A DNA stretch of 64,000 nt, from positions 3,248 to 67,247 of the forward strand of contig CAZLOB010000070.1 of NCBI GenBank assembly GCA_964561135.1, given 5' to 3'. The position numbers were made by a program, and so were the translations under genes. The DNA comes from an uncultured Elusimicrobia bacterium. GTDB lineage: Bacteria; Elusimicrobiota; Endomicrobiia; DTEH01. Below, piece by piece: positions 37,705 to 48,121 of this stretch. The notes under the pieces are model-generated. The model was not told the origin of the DNA. It worked only from the letters and a program-made list of their open reading frames with translations, and searched no databases. Positions within the stretch are counted from its first letter, which is position 1. Each line of letters opens with the position of its first letter.

Positions 37705-38427
37705 ATGATAAAAGCGGTGATATTTGATTTAGATAACACACTTATGGATTTTATGAAGATGAAACGCGCTGCAGTTGACGCTGCAGCTGACGCAATGATT
37801 GATGCTGGTTTACAGATGCCTAAACAAGAGTTGATTGATAAAATTTATAGCACCTATTGGAAAGAGGGGATTGAAGACCAACAAATTTTTGATAAAGTTT
37901 TGTTACAAGAGTTTGGTTATATTGATTATCGTATACTTGCTGCTGGGATTATTGGCTATCGCAGAGCAAAAGAAGCAAATTTATGTACTTATCCACATGT
38001 TCATCTTACATTGACAGAACTTATGAAACGTGGTATAAAAATGTGTATTGTTTCTGATGCACCAAAACTCCCAGTATGGATGAGGATAGTTTCATTAAAT
38101 TTACAACATTATTTTGAATTTGTCCTCACATTTGAAGATACAGGTGAACGAAAACCTTCTCCTAAACCATTTATGATGGCGCTTGAACGGTTAGGAACAC
38201 AGCCTAAGGAAACACTTATGATTGGTGATTGGGCTGAACGCGATATTGTTGGTGCAAAACAGTTAGGTATTTGGACAGTTTTTGCACGATACGGAGATGA
38301 GTTTAACACACAAAACTCAGGTGCTGATTTTGAAATCACAGATATAATACAACTTTTAGATGTAATTGAGAGAATAAAAGAAAAAGATCAGTTGTTATTG
38401 TTTGGTGAAGAAGGTAATAAAAAATGA
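37705..38427 (+). CDS. HAD-superfamily hydrolase
   Basis: IFDLDNTL motif I, VSDAP, GERKPSPKPF, IGDWAERDI. Confidence 0.8.
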   Translation: MIKAVIFDLDNTLMDFMKMKRAAVDAAADAMIDAGLQMPKQELIDKIYSTYWKEGIEDQQIFDKVLLQEFGYIDYRILAAGIIGYRRAKEANLCTYPHVHLTLTELMKRGIKMCIVSDAPKLPVWMRIVSLNLQHYFEFVLTFEDTGERKPSPKPFMMALERLGTQPKETLMIGDWAERDIVGAKQLGIWTVFARYGDEFNTQNSGADFEITDIIQLLDVIERIKEKDQLLLFGEEGNKK

Positions 38428-38648
38428 AGGTTTACGGAGTAATTGACAGAATCGAAGATGGAAAAATTGTAGTTGTAAATTTAGTTGATAGAGACGGTAT
38501 TATGTATTTACCAAAAGAAATGTTTAATTTTAAAATATATGAAGGGTTATGGTTAATAATAGAAATTAATCCTGATGAAGAGGAAACAAATAAGATGAAG
38601 TTAAAAATAAAAAAGTTGCAAGAAAAACTATTAAAAAGAAAGAAATGA
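38424..38648 (+). CDS. DUF3006-like small protein
   Basis: MKVYGVIDRIEDGKIVVVNLVDRDGIMYLPKEMF..EGLWLIIEINPD pattern. Confidence 0.6.
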   Translation: MKVYGVIDRIEDGKIVVVNLVDRDGIMYLPKEMFNFKIYEGLWLIIEINPDEEETNKMKLKIKKLQEKLLKRKK

Positions 38649-38649
38649 A

Positions 38650-39513
38650 ATGTCAAAAATTATAAAGTTTGTCTTATTTATTCTTCTCTTTTTTCTTACC
38701 TTTTGTTTTTCTTCTCTATTAAAGGTATATTTTATTGATGTTGGTCAAGGTGATGCTGCTTTTATAATAACACCGAATAACTATACAATGCTTGTTGACG
38801 CAGGCGACCGAGATGAGTTTCATGATTATGGTAAAGATGTATGTTCTTTTATTAAAGATCAACTAAAAATTAATAAAATAAATGTTGCATTAATATCGCA
38901 TCCACATAAAGACCATATCGGTGGGATGATATACATTTTGTCAAATATGAAAGTAGAAAAATTTTATGATCCTGGTTTTCCTTATCCTTCATTAGTATAT
39001 TTTGAACTTCTTGAAATTGTTAACAAAAAAAAGATAAAGTATTATTTAGCACGAGGTGAAACTTATATAAATCTTGATCCACAAGTAGAGATAAAAATTC
39101 TTTATCCACCGAAAAATTTTGTTTTTGACACACCAAACGATAATTCTGTTGTTTTAAGGATTAGGTATAAAAAAATATCTGTTTTGTTTACTGGGGATAT
39201 AGAAGCAAATGCAGAGAAAGTTATTGTTAAAAAATATAAAAACAGGCGAAAAGAAATAAGTTCAAACATACTTAAAGTGCCACATCATGGATCCGCAACT
39301 TCTTCAACATACGAGTTTATAAAACTTGTAAAACCAGAAGTAGCAATAATTTCTTGTGGGAGAAATAACAGGTTCGGACATCCTCATTATAGAATACTAA
39401 GACGTTACGAAGATTATGGTGTAAAAATTTTTCGTACTGATATAGACGGGCCAATAGAGGTTATTATTGATGGAAAGGATTACAAAATTAAAAGGTTTAA
39501 ATATAGTAATTAA
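38650..39513 (+). CDS. secreted/anchored metallo-beta-lactamase-fold hydrolase (ComEC C-terminal-domain-like)
   Basis: Signal/anchor, VYFIDVGQGDAAFI, canonical SHPHKDHIGG, KVPHHGS. Confidence 0.8.
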   Translation: MSKIIKFVLFILLFFLTFCFSSLLKVYFIDVGQGDAAFIITPNNYTMLVDAGDRDEFHDYGKDVCSFIKDQLKINKINVALISHPHKDHIGGMIYILSNMKVEKFYDPGFPYPSLVYFELLEIVNKKKIKYYLARGETYINLDPQVEIKILYPPKNFVFDTPNDNSVVLRIRYKKISVLFTGDIEANAEKVIVKKYKNRRKEISSNILKVPHHGSATSSTYEFIKLVKPEVAIISCGRNNRFGHPHYRILRRYEDYGVKIFRTDIDGPIEVIIDGKDYKIKRFKYSN

Positions 39514-39534
39514 AAATTAGGTGGAGGTGAAACA

Positions 39535-40038
39535 ATGGAGGGACTTAAAATGATTAAAACAAGAAGAAGTATCAGACAATACATAAAAAAAGAAATACCA
39601 GACGAAATTATCACTGAGATAATTGATTGTGCAAGGTTAGCTCCAACGGCAAATAATAAACAACCATGGTTATTTGTGGTTATAAAAAATGAAGAGTTGA
39701 AAAAACAGATTGCTGAAATTACAGATTACGGTAAGTTTATAAAAGATGCTGATTGTTGTGTAGCAGTTTTTTGTGAAGATACAAAATATTATCTTGAGGA
39801 CGGTTGTGCTGCTACTGAAAACATTTTGCTTGCCGCATGGTATTTTGGTATAGGTAGCTGTTGGGTTGCCGGAGATAAAAAGTTTTATGCTGAAAAAATT
39901 AAAGATCTGTTAGGTGTTAAAAAAGAATATAAATTAGTAAGTCTAATTTCTTTAGGTTATCCTGATGAAACAGAATTAAAAAATGTACAAAAAGTAAAAA
40001 AGAAAAGTTTAAAAGAAGTTATGATTGTAAAAAAATAG
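39535..40038 (+). CDS. nitroreductase family protein
   Basis: IKTRRSIRQY, ARLAPTANNKQPW; SD ggtggaggtga upstream. Confidence 0.8.
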   Translation: MEGLKMIKTRRSIRQYIKKEIPDEIITEIIDCARLAPTANNKQPWLFVVIKNEELKKQIAEITDYGKFIKDADCCVAVFCEDTKYYLEDGCAATENILLAAWYFGIGSCWVAGDKKFYAEKIKDLLGVKKEYKLVSLISLGYPDETELKNVQKVKKKSLKEVMIVKK

Positions 40039-40042
40039 TTTT

Positions 40043-40459
40043 ATGAAAAACAATGTAAAATTTGAATATTCAGCAGGCGGTATTGTTGTTAACGATAATA
40101 AAGAAGTTTTGTTGATAAAAACAAAAAATTTAAAGAATGAAACAGTTATCACTTTCCCAAAAGGACATATTGAAAAAAATGAATCTGCTTTAGAAGCGGC
40201 TATACGGGAAGTAAAAGAAGAAACAGGTGTTGAAGCATTTGTAATAAAAAAAATTAAAGATGTTGAATATTGGTTTGTTCATCAAGGGCAAAAAGTTCAT
40301 AAAAAAGTTTTTTGGTTTTTGATGAAACCTGTTAAGATTGGCGAATCAAAAAATGTTGAAGTTGATGAAGTTTTTTGGTATGATATAAATAAAGTAGACC
40401 AAATTCTTTCGTACAAATCAGATAAAGAATTAATTGCTGAAGTAAAAAATTTAATTTAA
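40043..40459 (+). CDS. NUDIX hydrolase
   Basis: Nudix box GHIEKNESALEAAIREVKEETG. Confidence 0.8.
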   Translation: MKNNVKFEYSAGGIVVNDNKEVLLIKTKNLKNETVITFPKGHIEKNESALEAAIREVKEETGVEAFVIKKIKDVEYWFVHQGQKVHKKVFWFLMKPVKIGESKNVEVDEVFWYDINKVDQILSYKSDKELIAEVKNLI

Positions 40460-40473
40460 GAGGTAAAAAAACT

Positions 40474-40791
40474 ATGCAGAAACAAGAAAAACAAAAATAT
40501 ACTTTTGAACAAGCTTTACAACGACTTGAAGAAATTGTTAACAAACTTGAATTAGGTAATGTTCCACTTGAAGAAACAATTAGTTTGTTCCAAGAAGGGA
40601 TGGAGTTGATAAATTTTTGTAACCAAAAACTTGAAGAAGTGAAACATAAAGTTGAAATCGTGATAAGGACAAAAGAAGGTTTTACTTTACAACCTTTTGA
40701 TGTAAAAACAGGGTATAAAAATCAGTTAGAGGGAAAAGAAGAAATTGAAGAGATTGAAAAAGACGAGGAAGAAGATGAAGGATTGTTCTGA
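40474..40791 (+). CDS. xseB: exodeoxyribonuclease VII small subunit
   Basis: FEQALQRLEEIVNKLELGNVPLEETISLFQEGMEL; conserved xseB-ispA-dxs order. Confidence 0.85.
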   Translation: MQKQEKQKYTFEQALQRLEEIVNKLELGNVPLEETISLFQEGMELINFCNQKLEEVKHKVEIVIRTKEGFTLQPFDVKTGYKNQLEGKEEIEEIEKDEEEDEGLF

Positions 40792-41662
40792 ATTGTTAGA
40801 AAAAGATACAAAATGGTTTTCAGACAAGTTTAAAATTTTGGTAGAAAACTATCTACAAGAGTTACAACAAAGATATAAAAAAATTGTTTTTTATTCATTA
40901 TTCCCCGGTGGGAAACGAATTCGACCTTTGTTAATGTTTGCTTGTGGGAAAATGTTAGGAGTAAAAAAAACTTGTCTTTTTTATCCAGCAGCTGCTGTTG
41001 AGCTTATCCATAACTACTCTCTTATACATGATGACCTTCCTTGTATGGACAATTCTGATTACCGAAGAAACAAGTTAACTGTTCATAGAAAATTTGGTGA
41101 AGCATCTGCAGTTCTTGTAGGTGATGCTTTGCTAACATTAGCATTTGAAGTTTTATCTAACTGGGATGAAGAACCTGAGATTAAAGTTAAAGTGATAAAT
41201 TTGTTGTCAAAAATAAGTGGGTTTGGCGGGTTAGTTAAAGGACAATTGATGGATATTGAAAGTTGGGATATGCCAGCTAAGTCTTCTTTAAATTTGAAGA
41301 GATTTTTAGAAGAACTTGTAATAAACAAGACTTCAAAATTAATCCAGGTATGTTTTATTATTCCAGCAATTGTTTGTAGGTTAAATAAAGGCAAAATTAA
41401 TAAATTGTCAAAGATAGGTTTAAACTTTGGTTTATTGTTTCAAATTACTGATGATATAATTGATTATTCTGCTGGAGAAGATAAACAAAATCTTACATTT
41501 CCAAAATTGTATGATGTTGAAAATTTAAAAAAAATTGTCAAAGATATAGAAAATGAAACTTTGTTTTTTTTAGATAAACACTTTGGCCCACAATCTTTTT
41601 ACCTAAAATTTTTGTTAGAAAGAATTGTTAACAGAGTAACATGGAACTCCTTAACAAAATAA
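40775..41662 (+). CDS. ispA: polyprenyl (farnesyl/geranylgeranyl) diphosphate synthase
   Basis: LIHDDLPCMDNSDYRR and ITDDIID aspartate-rich motifs. ATG 40775 chosen over the TTG at 40745. Confidence 0.85.
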   Translation: MKDCSELLEKDTKWFSDKFKILVENYLQELQQRYKKIVFYSLFPGGKRIRPLLMFACGKMLGVKKTCLFYPAAAVELIHNYSLIHDDLPCMDNSDYRRNKLTVHRKFGEASAVLVGDALLTLAFEVLSNWDEEPEIKVKVINLLSKISGFGGLVKGQLMDIESWDMPAKSSLNLKRFLEELVINKTSKLIQVCFIIPAIVCRLNKGKINKLSKIGLNFGLLFQITDDIIDYSAGEDKQNLTFPKLYDVENLKKIVKDIENETLFFLDKHFGPQSFYLKFLLERIVNRVTWNSLTK

Positions 41663-43530
41663 ATTCACCACAGGATTTAAGAAAACTTAGTTTAGAAGAA
41701 TTAGAACAACTTGCAGAAGAAATAAGAAGTTTTATAATTGAAACTATTTCAAAAACAGGCGGCCATTTAGCAGCAAGTCTTGGTACTGTTGAACTTACTA
41801 TTGCATTACATTATGTTTTTAATACTCCATTAGACAAAATTGTATGGGATGTTGGTCATCAGACTTATGCACATAAAATTTTAACTGGTAGAAAAGAATT
41901 TTTTCACAAGTTAAGACAATATGGTGGTATAAGTGGTTTCCCAAGAAGAGAAGAGTCTGAGTATGATGTGTTTAATGTAGGTCATGCATCAACCGCAGTA
42001 TCAGCAGCGTTAGGTATAGTAGTTGCTCGTGAGTTAAATAAAGAAGATTATAAAGTTATTGCAGTAATAGGGGATGGTTCTTTAAGTGGTGGTCTTGCTT
42101 ATGAAGGGCTTAACCATGCGGGACATCTTGGTTATGATTTTATTGTTGTACTAAATGATAATACAATGTTTATTTCAAAAAGTGTTGGTGCTGTTGCAAA
42201 AATGTTGGTAAGATTGTTGACTTTGGGGTTGCTTAAAAAAATTGAACAAAAAATAGATAAGTTCTTACGAAGGTTAAAATATATAGGTAATGTTATTCTT
42301 CGTGTAGCAAAACGGTTTAAACTTTTACTTTTTCCGGGTATGTTATTTGAAGAAATGGGTTTTGCGTATGTAGGTCCTGTAGATGGACATGATTTAAAGT
42401 CGCTTTGCGAAGTGTTTAGAAGTATAAAAAATTTTAAAGGACCGGTTGTGGTCCATGTCTTGACAAAAAAAGGCAAAGGGTACAAGCCTGCTGAAGAAAA
42501 ACCTGAAAAGTTTCACAGTGTAGCTAAATTTAATGTGTTAACTGGAGAAATTGAGAAGAAAAACGATAGGTTAACATTTACTGAGGTTTTTAGTAAAACA
42601 ATAGTTTCTTTAGCGGAAAAAGATAGACGTATTGTTGGGATTACAGCAGCGATGACTGAAGGTTGTGGCCTTGAAGAATTTTCAAAACTTTTTCCAGAAA
42701 GATTTTTTGATGTAGGTATTGCAGAAGAACATGCAGTAACTTTTGCTGCAGGGTTGGCAACAAAGAATTATATTCCAATATGTGCTATATATTCAACTTT
42801 TTTACAACGTGCGTTTGACCAAATTATACACGATGTTTCTTTACAAAACTTACATGTTGTTTTTGTTTTAGACCGTGCTGGTATTGTGGGTGAAGATGGG
42901 CCAACACACCATGGCTGTTTTGACCTTTCTTATTTGAGGTTAATTCCTAATATGACAATAATGGTACCAAAAGATGGTAATGAACTTAAAGATATGTTGT
43001 ATACCGCAATATACCATATTGATGGACCAGTTGCTATAAGATATCCTAAAGATTTTGTTGTTGAAAAAAACATTGATGTTGATAAATTTGGAAAAATAGA
43101 TGTACCAAAGGCACAAATAATATATGATGATAAAGAAAGCAAAATGTGTTTTTTAGTACTTGGACCAAAAATTTATATCCTTAAAGAAATACTTGAGACA
43201 ACAGATTATAGATTTTCTGTTGTTAACATGCGTTTTTTAAAACCTATGGATGAAGAAATATTGAAAAAAGTTTGTAATTCTCATAATATATTAATTACTG
43301 TTGAAGAAAATACTATTGTTGGGGGGTTATTTTCTGCAGTTAGTGAGTTTGTAGCTAGGAATCATTATCAAGTAAAAATTTATCCTTTTGCTTTCCCTGA
43401 CAGATTTATTACTTTTGGTAAAAAAGAAATTTTGGAAGAAGAGGTTGGTCTTTCAATTAAAAATTTTTTAGCATTTGTTAAAAGTTTAAATAAAGGGAGG
43501 GACATCGATGAAGGTTCTAATGTTAGGTAA
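41641..43530 (+). CDS. dxs: 1-deoxy-D-xylulose-5-phosphate synthase
   Basis: GGHLAASLGTVELTIALHYVF, WDVGHQTYAHKILTGR, GDGSLSGG, GEDGPTHHG. Confidence 0.95.
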   Translation: MELLNKINSPQDLRKLSLEELEQLAEEIRSFIIETISKTGGHLAASLGTVELTIALHYVFNTPLDKIVWDVGHQTYAHKILTGRKEFFHKLRQYGGISGFPRREESEYDVFNVGHASTAVSAALGIVVARELNKEDYKVIAVIGDGSLSGGLAYEGLNHAGHLGYDFIVVLNDNTMFISKSVGAVAKMLVRLLTLGLLKKIEQKIDKFLRRLKYIGNVILRVAKRFKLLLFPGMLFEEMGFAYVGPVDGHDLKSLCEVFRSIKNFKGPVVVHVLTKKGKGYKPAEEKPEKFHSVAKFNVLTGEIEKKNDRLTFTEVFSKTIVSLAEKDRRIVGITAAMTEGCGLEEFSKLFPERFFDVGIAEEHAVTFAAGLATKNYIPICAIYSTFLQRAFDQIIHDVSLQNLHVVFVLDRAGIVGEDGPTHHGCFDLSYLRLIPNMTIMVPKDGNELKDMLYTAIYHIDGPVAIRYPKDFVVEKNIDVDKFGKIDVPKAQIIYDDKESKMCFLVLGPKIYILKEILETTDYRFSVVNMRFLKPMDEEILKKVCNSHNILITVEENTIVGGLFSAVSEFVARNHYQVKIYPFAFPDRFITFGKKEILEEEVGLSIKNFLAFVKSLNKGRDIDEGSNVR

Positions 43531-43783
43531 ATATTCAACAGATGCAATAAAAAGTATATCAAAAGAACGGACAAAAAAAGTTGTCAAATTAGTTGAAAAA
43601 CTGAATGGTAAAATTTATGCTATGTATGCTTTAGTAGGTGAGTATGATTTAGCATTCCTAGTTGAATTGAACTCTATTGAAGATATTGTAAAACTTTCTA
43701 TAGAACTTGCAAAATTGACAGGTATATCTTTTATGTCACTTCCAGCAATTGATGTTGAAAAATTTGATGAACTTGTTGGATAA
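43508..43783 (+). CDS. GYD-domain protein
   Basis: MKVLMLGKYS..AMYALVGEYDLAFLVE pattern; SD agggaggg upstream. Confidence 0.65.
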   Translation: MKVLMLGKYSTDAIKSISKERTKKVVKLVEKLNGKIYAMYALVGEYDLAFLVELNSIEDIVKLSIELAKLTGISFMSLPAIDVEKFDELVG

Positions 43784-43792
43784 ATACATTTG

Positions 43793-44251
43793 ATGAGTAA
43801 GAAAAATAAATGTATTGTAGAAATTATACCTAAAGTTGTTTCTTCATATACATCTTTACTGCAAGAAATCCATTCTTTAGGGTTTGATAAAATTGATAAT
43901 GTTGAGATAAAAAAGATATATTCTTTGGAAGGAGATATAAATAAAAAAGAAGCAGTTTTTATCACAAAATCGTTACTTGCCGATCCTATATCAGACTCGT
44001 TTAAAGTGTATCTTTTCTTTAAAAAAATACCAAATGTTGTTGTAGTAAACATTTGGTACAGACCCCAAGTTTTAGATGTTGAAGCGATATATGTCGAAAA
44101 AGCTATAAAATATCTTGGGTTTGAAAAAAAAGTTGTGGTGCATTCTGGAAAACAAGTATGTTTTAGTCCGCAAATTGACAAAAAAAGTGTAGAGTATATT
44201 ATTGAAAAAATCTTTATGAATCCATTAATTCAATATTATGAAGTTATATAA
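43793..44251 (+). CDS. purS: tandem (duplicated) PurS-like FGAM synthase subunit
   Basis: Two PurS-like halves (VEIIPKVV..LQEIHSLGFDKIDNVEIKKIYSLEG..LLADPISDSFKV and VVVNIWYRPQVLD..AIKYLGFEKK..IFMNPLIQYYEV), directly upstream of purL. Confidence 0.6.
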   Translation: MSKKNKCIVEIIPKVVSSYTSLLQEIHSLGFDKIDNVEIKKIYSLEGDINKKEAVFITKSLLADPISDSFKVYLFFKKIPNVVVVNIWYRPQVLDVEAIYVEKAIKYLGFEKKVVVHSGKQVCFSPQIDKKSVEYIIEKIFMNPLIQYYEVI

Positions 44252-46622
44252 TATCATCAATATTTTAGATGCAACTGATAAGGAACTAATTGAGATAAGT
44301 AAAAAAGGGTTGTTAGCTTTATCTTTGGAAGAAATGCGTGCTATTAAAAAATATTTTTCGTCAAAAAAAAGAAACCCAACCGATTGTGAACTTGAAACTA
44401 TTGCTCAAACTTGGTCGGAACATTGTAAACATAAAACATTAACTGCTGAAGTTGAGCTTAAGTTTAAAAAAAATGGGAAAGTCGTAAAAGTAAAAAAATA
44501 TAAAAATGTTTTAAAAGAAACTATTTTTGAGGTAACAAAAAATATAAACCATCCTGATTGTTTATCTGTTTTTGTAGACAATGCTGGTATTGTAAAGTTT
44601 GACAGAAATTATGGCGTTGCTTTTAAGGTTGAAACACACAATCATCCGTCTGCTTTAGAACCGTATGGCGGTGCAGCAACTGGTATCGGAGGGGTGATAA
44701 GAGATATAATTGGCTGTGGTCTTTCAGCGAAACCTGTTGCTAATACTGATGTATTCTGTTTCGGTAATCTTGATTATGATAAAGAACTTCCTAAAGGTGT
44801 GTTTCATCCAAAAAGAATTTTTAGAGGTGTTGTATCTGGGGTAAGGGATTATGGGAATCGTATGGGTATACCTACAGTGAACGGCGCAATAATTTTTGAT
44901 GATGGTTTCGTATATAATCCGTTAGTATATTGTGGTTGTGTGGGAATAATTCCTATTGAAAAGATAAACAAAAGAGTTTACCCAGGACAAGTTATAATTC
45001 TTGTTGGTGGAAGGACAGGACGTGATGGTATCCATGGGGCAACTTTTTCATCAGATGCGTTACATGATAAGCTGCCAACTTCTGTTGTACAAATCGGTGA
45101 TCCTATAGTAGAAAAAATGATGTTGGATGTGATTTTGAAAGCAAGGGATTTAGATTTGTTTACAGCGATAACAGATTGTGGTGCTGGAGGGTTATCTTCT
45201 GCTTGTGGTGAACTTACAAAAGAATGTGGTTGTAGGGTATATCTTGAAAAAGTACCTTTGAAGTATAAAGGTTTGTTACCATGGGAAATATGGCTTTCTG
45301 AGTCACAGGAACGTATGGTCCTTATAGCTGATAAAGATAAAGCAGAAAGATTTTTAAAGCTTTGTCAAAATGAAGATGTGGAAGCAACAATTATCGGAGA
45401 AGTGACCGACACAAAAAAACTTGAGGTGTTTTATAACAATGAAAAAGTTTGTGAGTTAGACATGGATTTTTTACACAACGGTTTGCCAAAAAGAAAGTTT
45501 AGTTTGACTTATAATCTAACACCTAAGAATTTAGAAAAACAGTCAGTTGTGATAAAACAACCCTTAGAAGAAATATTTTATAAGATTATTTCTCATCCGA
45601 ACGTAGCTTCAAAAGAATGGGTTATAAGACAGTATGATCACGAAGTACAAGCAAATACAGTACTGAAACCTCTGTGTGGAGACCAACAGTCAGATTTTTA
45701 CTCACCACAAGATGCTTCAGTAATATATCCGTTTAATATCAAAGGATTGCAACATACTAAAAAAGCTGTTGCTATAAGCTGTGGAATAAAACCTTCTTTA
45801 GGTAAAATAAGCATAGAAAGGATGACAGAGTATGTTATTGATGAAGCGATAAGAAATTTAATTTGTGTTGGGGCAAAATTAAATAAGATTTTTTTGTTAG
45901 ATAATTTTTGCTGGGGTGAACTTAACAAAAAAAATTTAGCTGAACTTTTTGTAACATGTGAGGTAGCAAAAAATGTTGCATATAAGTTTAAGATACCTTT
46001 TATTTCAGGAAAAGATAGTTTAAACAACTATTATCTGCTTGGAGAAAAAAAAGTTTCAATACCATCAACTTTGTTAATTTCAGGTTTAGGAGTTATAGAA
46101 GATATAGATGGTATTAAAACTTCGTATTTTAAATCTTCAGGGAATCATATTTTACTTATTGGGAAATTTAAAGTTTATTTAGCAGGGAGTGTTTTTTGCG
46201 AATGTATTAAAAAGTCGTATTCTTGTTATGCTTTAGATGTTGAAACAGCAAAAAGAATATATAGTTTTGTTAACGACTACAATGATTATTTTTTAGCTTT
46301 ACATGATGTTTCTGATGGTGGGTTGATAACTACTGTTGTAGAAAGTTGTTTTGCAAATAGGTGTGGAGCTGAGTTAGAAATAAAAAATAAAAATATTGTT
46401 GAATTTTTATTTTCAGAGCCAACATCATGTATAATTGCAGAAGTTGAAGAGAATAAATTTAATGAGTTGGTCAATCTTATGCAGCAAAAACATATACCTT
46501 ATATCTATTTAGGTAAAACTAAAAATGAACCATATGTAGTTGTTAAACAAAAAGATAAAGAAGTTTTAAAAATTTCAGTTGAACAAGCATATAAGTTATG
46601 GTCAAAAAAAATAAGTTTGTAA
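44238..46622 (+). CDS. purL: phosphoribosylformylglycinamidine synthase subunit PurL
   Basis: ETIAQTWSEHCKHK, ETHNHPSALEPYGGAATGIGG, SESQERM. Confidence 0.95.
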   Translation: MKLYNIINILDATDKELIEISKKGLLALSLEEMRAIKKYFSSKKRNPTDCELETIAQTWSEHCKHKTLTAEVELKFKKNGKVVKVKKYKNVLKETIFEVTKNINHPDCLSVFVDNAGIVKFDRNYGVAFKVETHNHPSALEPYGGAATGIGGVIRDIIGCGLSAKPVANTDVFCFGNLDYDKELPKGVFHPKRIFRGVVSGVRDYGNRMGIPTVNGAIIFDDGFVYNPLVYCGCVGIIPIEKINKRVYPGQVIILVGGRTGRDGIHGATFSSDALHDKLPTSVVQIGDPIVEKMMLDVILKARDLDLFTAITDCGAGGLSSACGELTKECGCRVYLEKVPLKYKGLLPWEIWLSESQERMVLIADKDKAERFLKLCQNEDVEATIIGEVTDTKKLEVFYNNEKVCELDMDFLHNGLPKRKFSLTYNLTPKNLEKQSVVIKQPLEEIFYKIISHPNVASKEWVIRQYDHEVQANTVLKPLCGDQQSDFYSPQDASVIYPFNIKGLQHTKKAVAISCGIKPSLGKISIERMTEYVIDEAIRNLICVGAKLNKIFLLDNFCWGELNKKNLAELFVTCEVAKNVAYKFKIPFISGKDSLNNYYLLGEKKVSIPSTLLISGLGVIEDIDGIKTSYFKSSGNHILLIGKFKVYLAGSVFCECIKKSYSCYALDVETAKRIYSFVNDYNDYFLALHDVSDGGLITTVVESCFANRCGAELEIKNKNIVEFLFSEPTSCIIAEVEENKFNELVNLMQQKHIPYIYLGKTKNEPYVVVKQKDKEVLKISVEQAYKLWSKKISL

Positions 46623-47383
46623 AACCAAAAGCAATTGTTATACGTGTAGGTGGGACAAATTGTGATTTGGAGACAGTAAATGTTTTGAATTTAGTAGGTT
46701 TTGATACTGATTTGGTGCATATAAACGAGCTTATAAGAAATGAAAAAAGTTTGCTTGATTATAATTTACTTGTTATCCCTGGGGGATTTTCTTTCGGCGA
46801 TTATATCTCTGCAGGGAAAATTTTTGCAATAGAAATGTATTATAGATTGTGTCCTCAGATTGAAAGGTTTATAAGTAATAAAAACAATTTTGTTGTTGGT
46901 ATTTGTAATGGTTTTCAAGTTTTAGTAAAACTCGGCCTTTTACCATATAGAGATTTTTTACAAAAAGCAACACTAACTTATAATGATTCTGGCAAGTTTG
47001 AATGTAGATGGGTTTATTTGAAAGTTAACAAAAACAATCCTTCACCATTAAAAGAACTTCCAGAAATTATACAACTTCCAGTTGCTCATGCTGAAGGAAA
47101 ATTTTTTGCTGACAAAGATGTTATTGAAGATATAAAAAACAACAATCAGATTTTGTTTCAATATTGTGATAAAGACGGAAATACAAATGTAGATTATCCA
47201 TTAAATCCAAATGGTTCTGTTTTAAATATAGCTGGAATTACAGATAAAACAGGTAGAATCATTGGTCTTATGCCTCATCCTGAAAGGTTTGTGCTTCCCA
47301 TTCATCATCCTTTGAGTTACAAAAATGAAACCCCAGCTTTTGGTAAAAAATTTTTTGAACTTTTGAAACTTGCTATTCAATGA
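46598..47383 (+). CDS. purQ: phosphoribosylformylglycinamidine synthase glutaminase subunit PurQ
   Basis: PGGFSFGDY, GICNGFQ, MPHPER. Confidence 0.9.
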   Translation: MVKKNKFVKPKAIVIRVGGTNCDLETVNVLNLVGFDTDLVHINELIRNEKSLLDYNLLVIPGGFSFGDYISAGKIFAIEMYYRLCPQIERFISNKNNFVVGICNGFQVLVKLGLLPYRDFLQKATLTYNDSGKFECRWVYLKVNKNNPSPLKELPEIIQLPVAHAEGKFFADKDVIEDIKNNNQILFQYCDKDGNTNVDYPLNPNGSVLNIAGITDKTGRIIGLMPHPERFVLPIHHPLSYKNETPAFGKKFFELLKLAIQ

Positions 47384-48120
47384 AAGAAAGAATTGATAAA
47401 CTTTTGGTAGAAAGAGGATTTGTTGAATCTCGCACAAAAGCACAAAAAATTATTTCTGAATTTGGAGTAAAAGTTGATGAACAAATTGTTAAAGATTCTT
47501 CAAAAATGGTGGATAAAAGTAGCAAAATAGAAATAATCCAGCAGTATGAATATGTTAGTGCTGGTGGATATAAACTTGAGGGCTTGTTAAAAACAGGGTT
47601 TGTCGATGTAAAAGATAAAGTATGTTTCGATGTAGGGTCATCAACAGGAGGTTTTGTAGAATGTCTTTTAAGATTTGGTGCAAAGAAGGTTTATTGTTGT
47701 GATGTTGGTAAAGGTCTTCTACATCCAAAGCTTCGTTCTGACAAAAGGGTGGTTTTGTTTGAAGGTGTAAATTTTAGATATTTTGTTGAGTTAGGATATA
47801 AAGAAAAAATAGAAGACAAAATAGATGTTTTTACAATAGATGTTTCATTTATATCTTTAACAAAAATACTTCCTGTAGTAAAAAAAATAGAAAAGACGCC
47901 ACATGTCGTTATAGCTTTGATTAAACCTCAGTTTGAGTGTGAACCAAAGTGTGTAAAAAAAGGTGTTGTAAGAGAAGAAAAATATAGGTTAGAAGCAGTA
48001 CAAAAAATTGTTTCTTTTGCAGAAAGCTTGGGATATAAAAAAATTGTTACTGAAGAATCAAAGATAAAAGGTAAAGAAGGTAATATTGAATATTTTGCTG
48101 TATTTGGTTTAAACCAATAA
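47380..48120 (+). CDS. tlyA: TlyA-family rRNA 2'-O-methyltransferase
   Basis: RIDKLLVERGFVESRTKAQKII (S4 domain), DVGSSTGGF, DVSFISL. Confidence 0.88.
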   Translation: MKERIDKLLVERGFVESRTKAQKIISEFGVKVDEQIVKDSSKMVDKSSKIEIIQQYEYVSAGGYKLEGLLKTGFVDVKDKVCFDVGSSTGGFVECLLRFGAKKVYCCDVGKGLLHPKLRSDKRVVLFEGVNFRYFVELGYKEKIEDKIDVFTIDVSFISLTKILPVVKKIEKTPHVVIALIKPQFECEPKCVKKGVVREEKYRLEAVQKIVSFAESLGYKKIVTEESKIKGKEGNIEYFAVFGLNQ

Positions 48121-48121
48121 A

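Noticed and set aside
43615-44181. 188-aa minus-strand ORF antisense to the GYD and purS genes
   Set aside because: The plus-strand genes have recognisable family patterns and operon context (purS-purL-purQ). The antisense product has no motifs.
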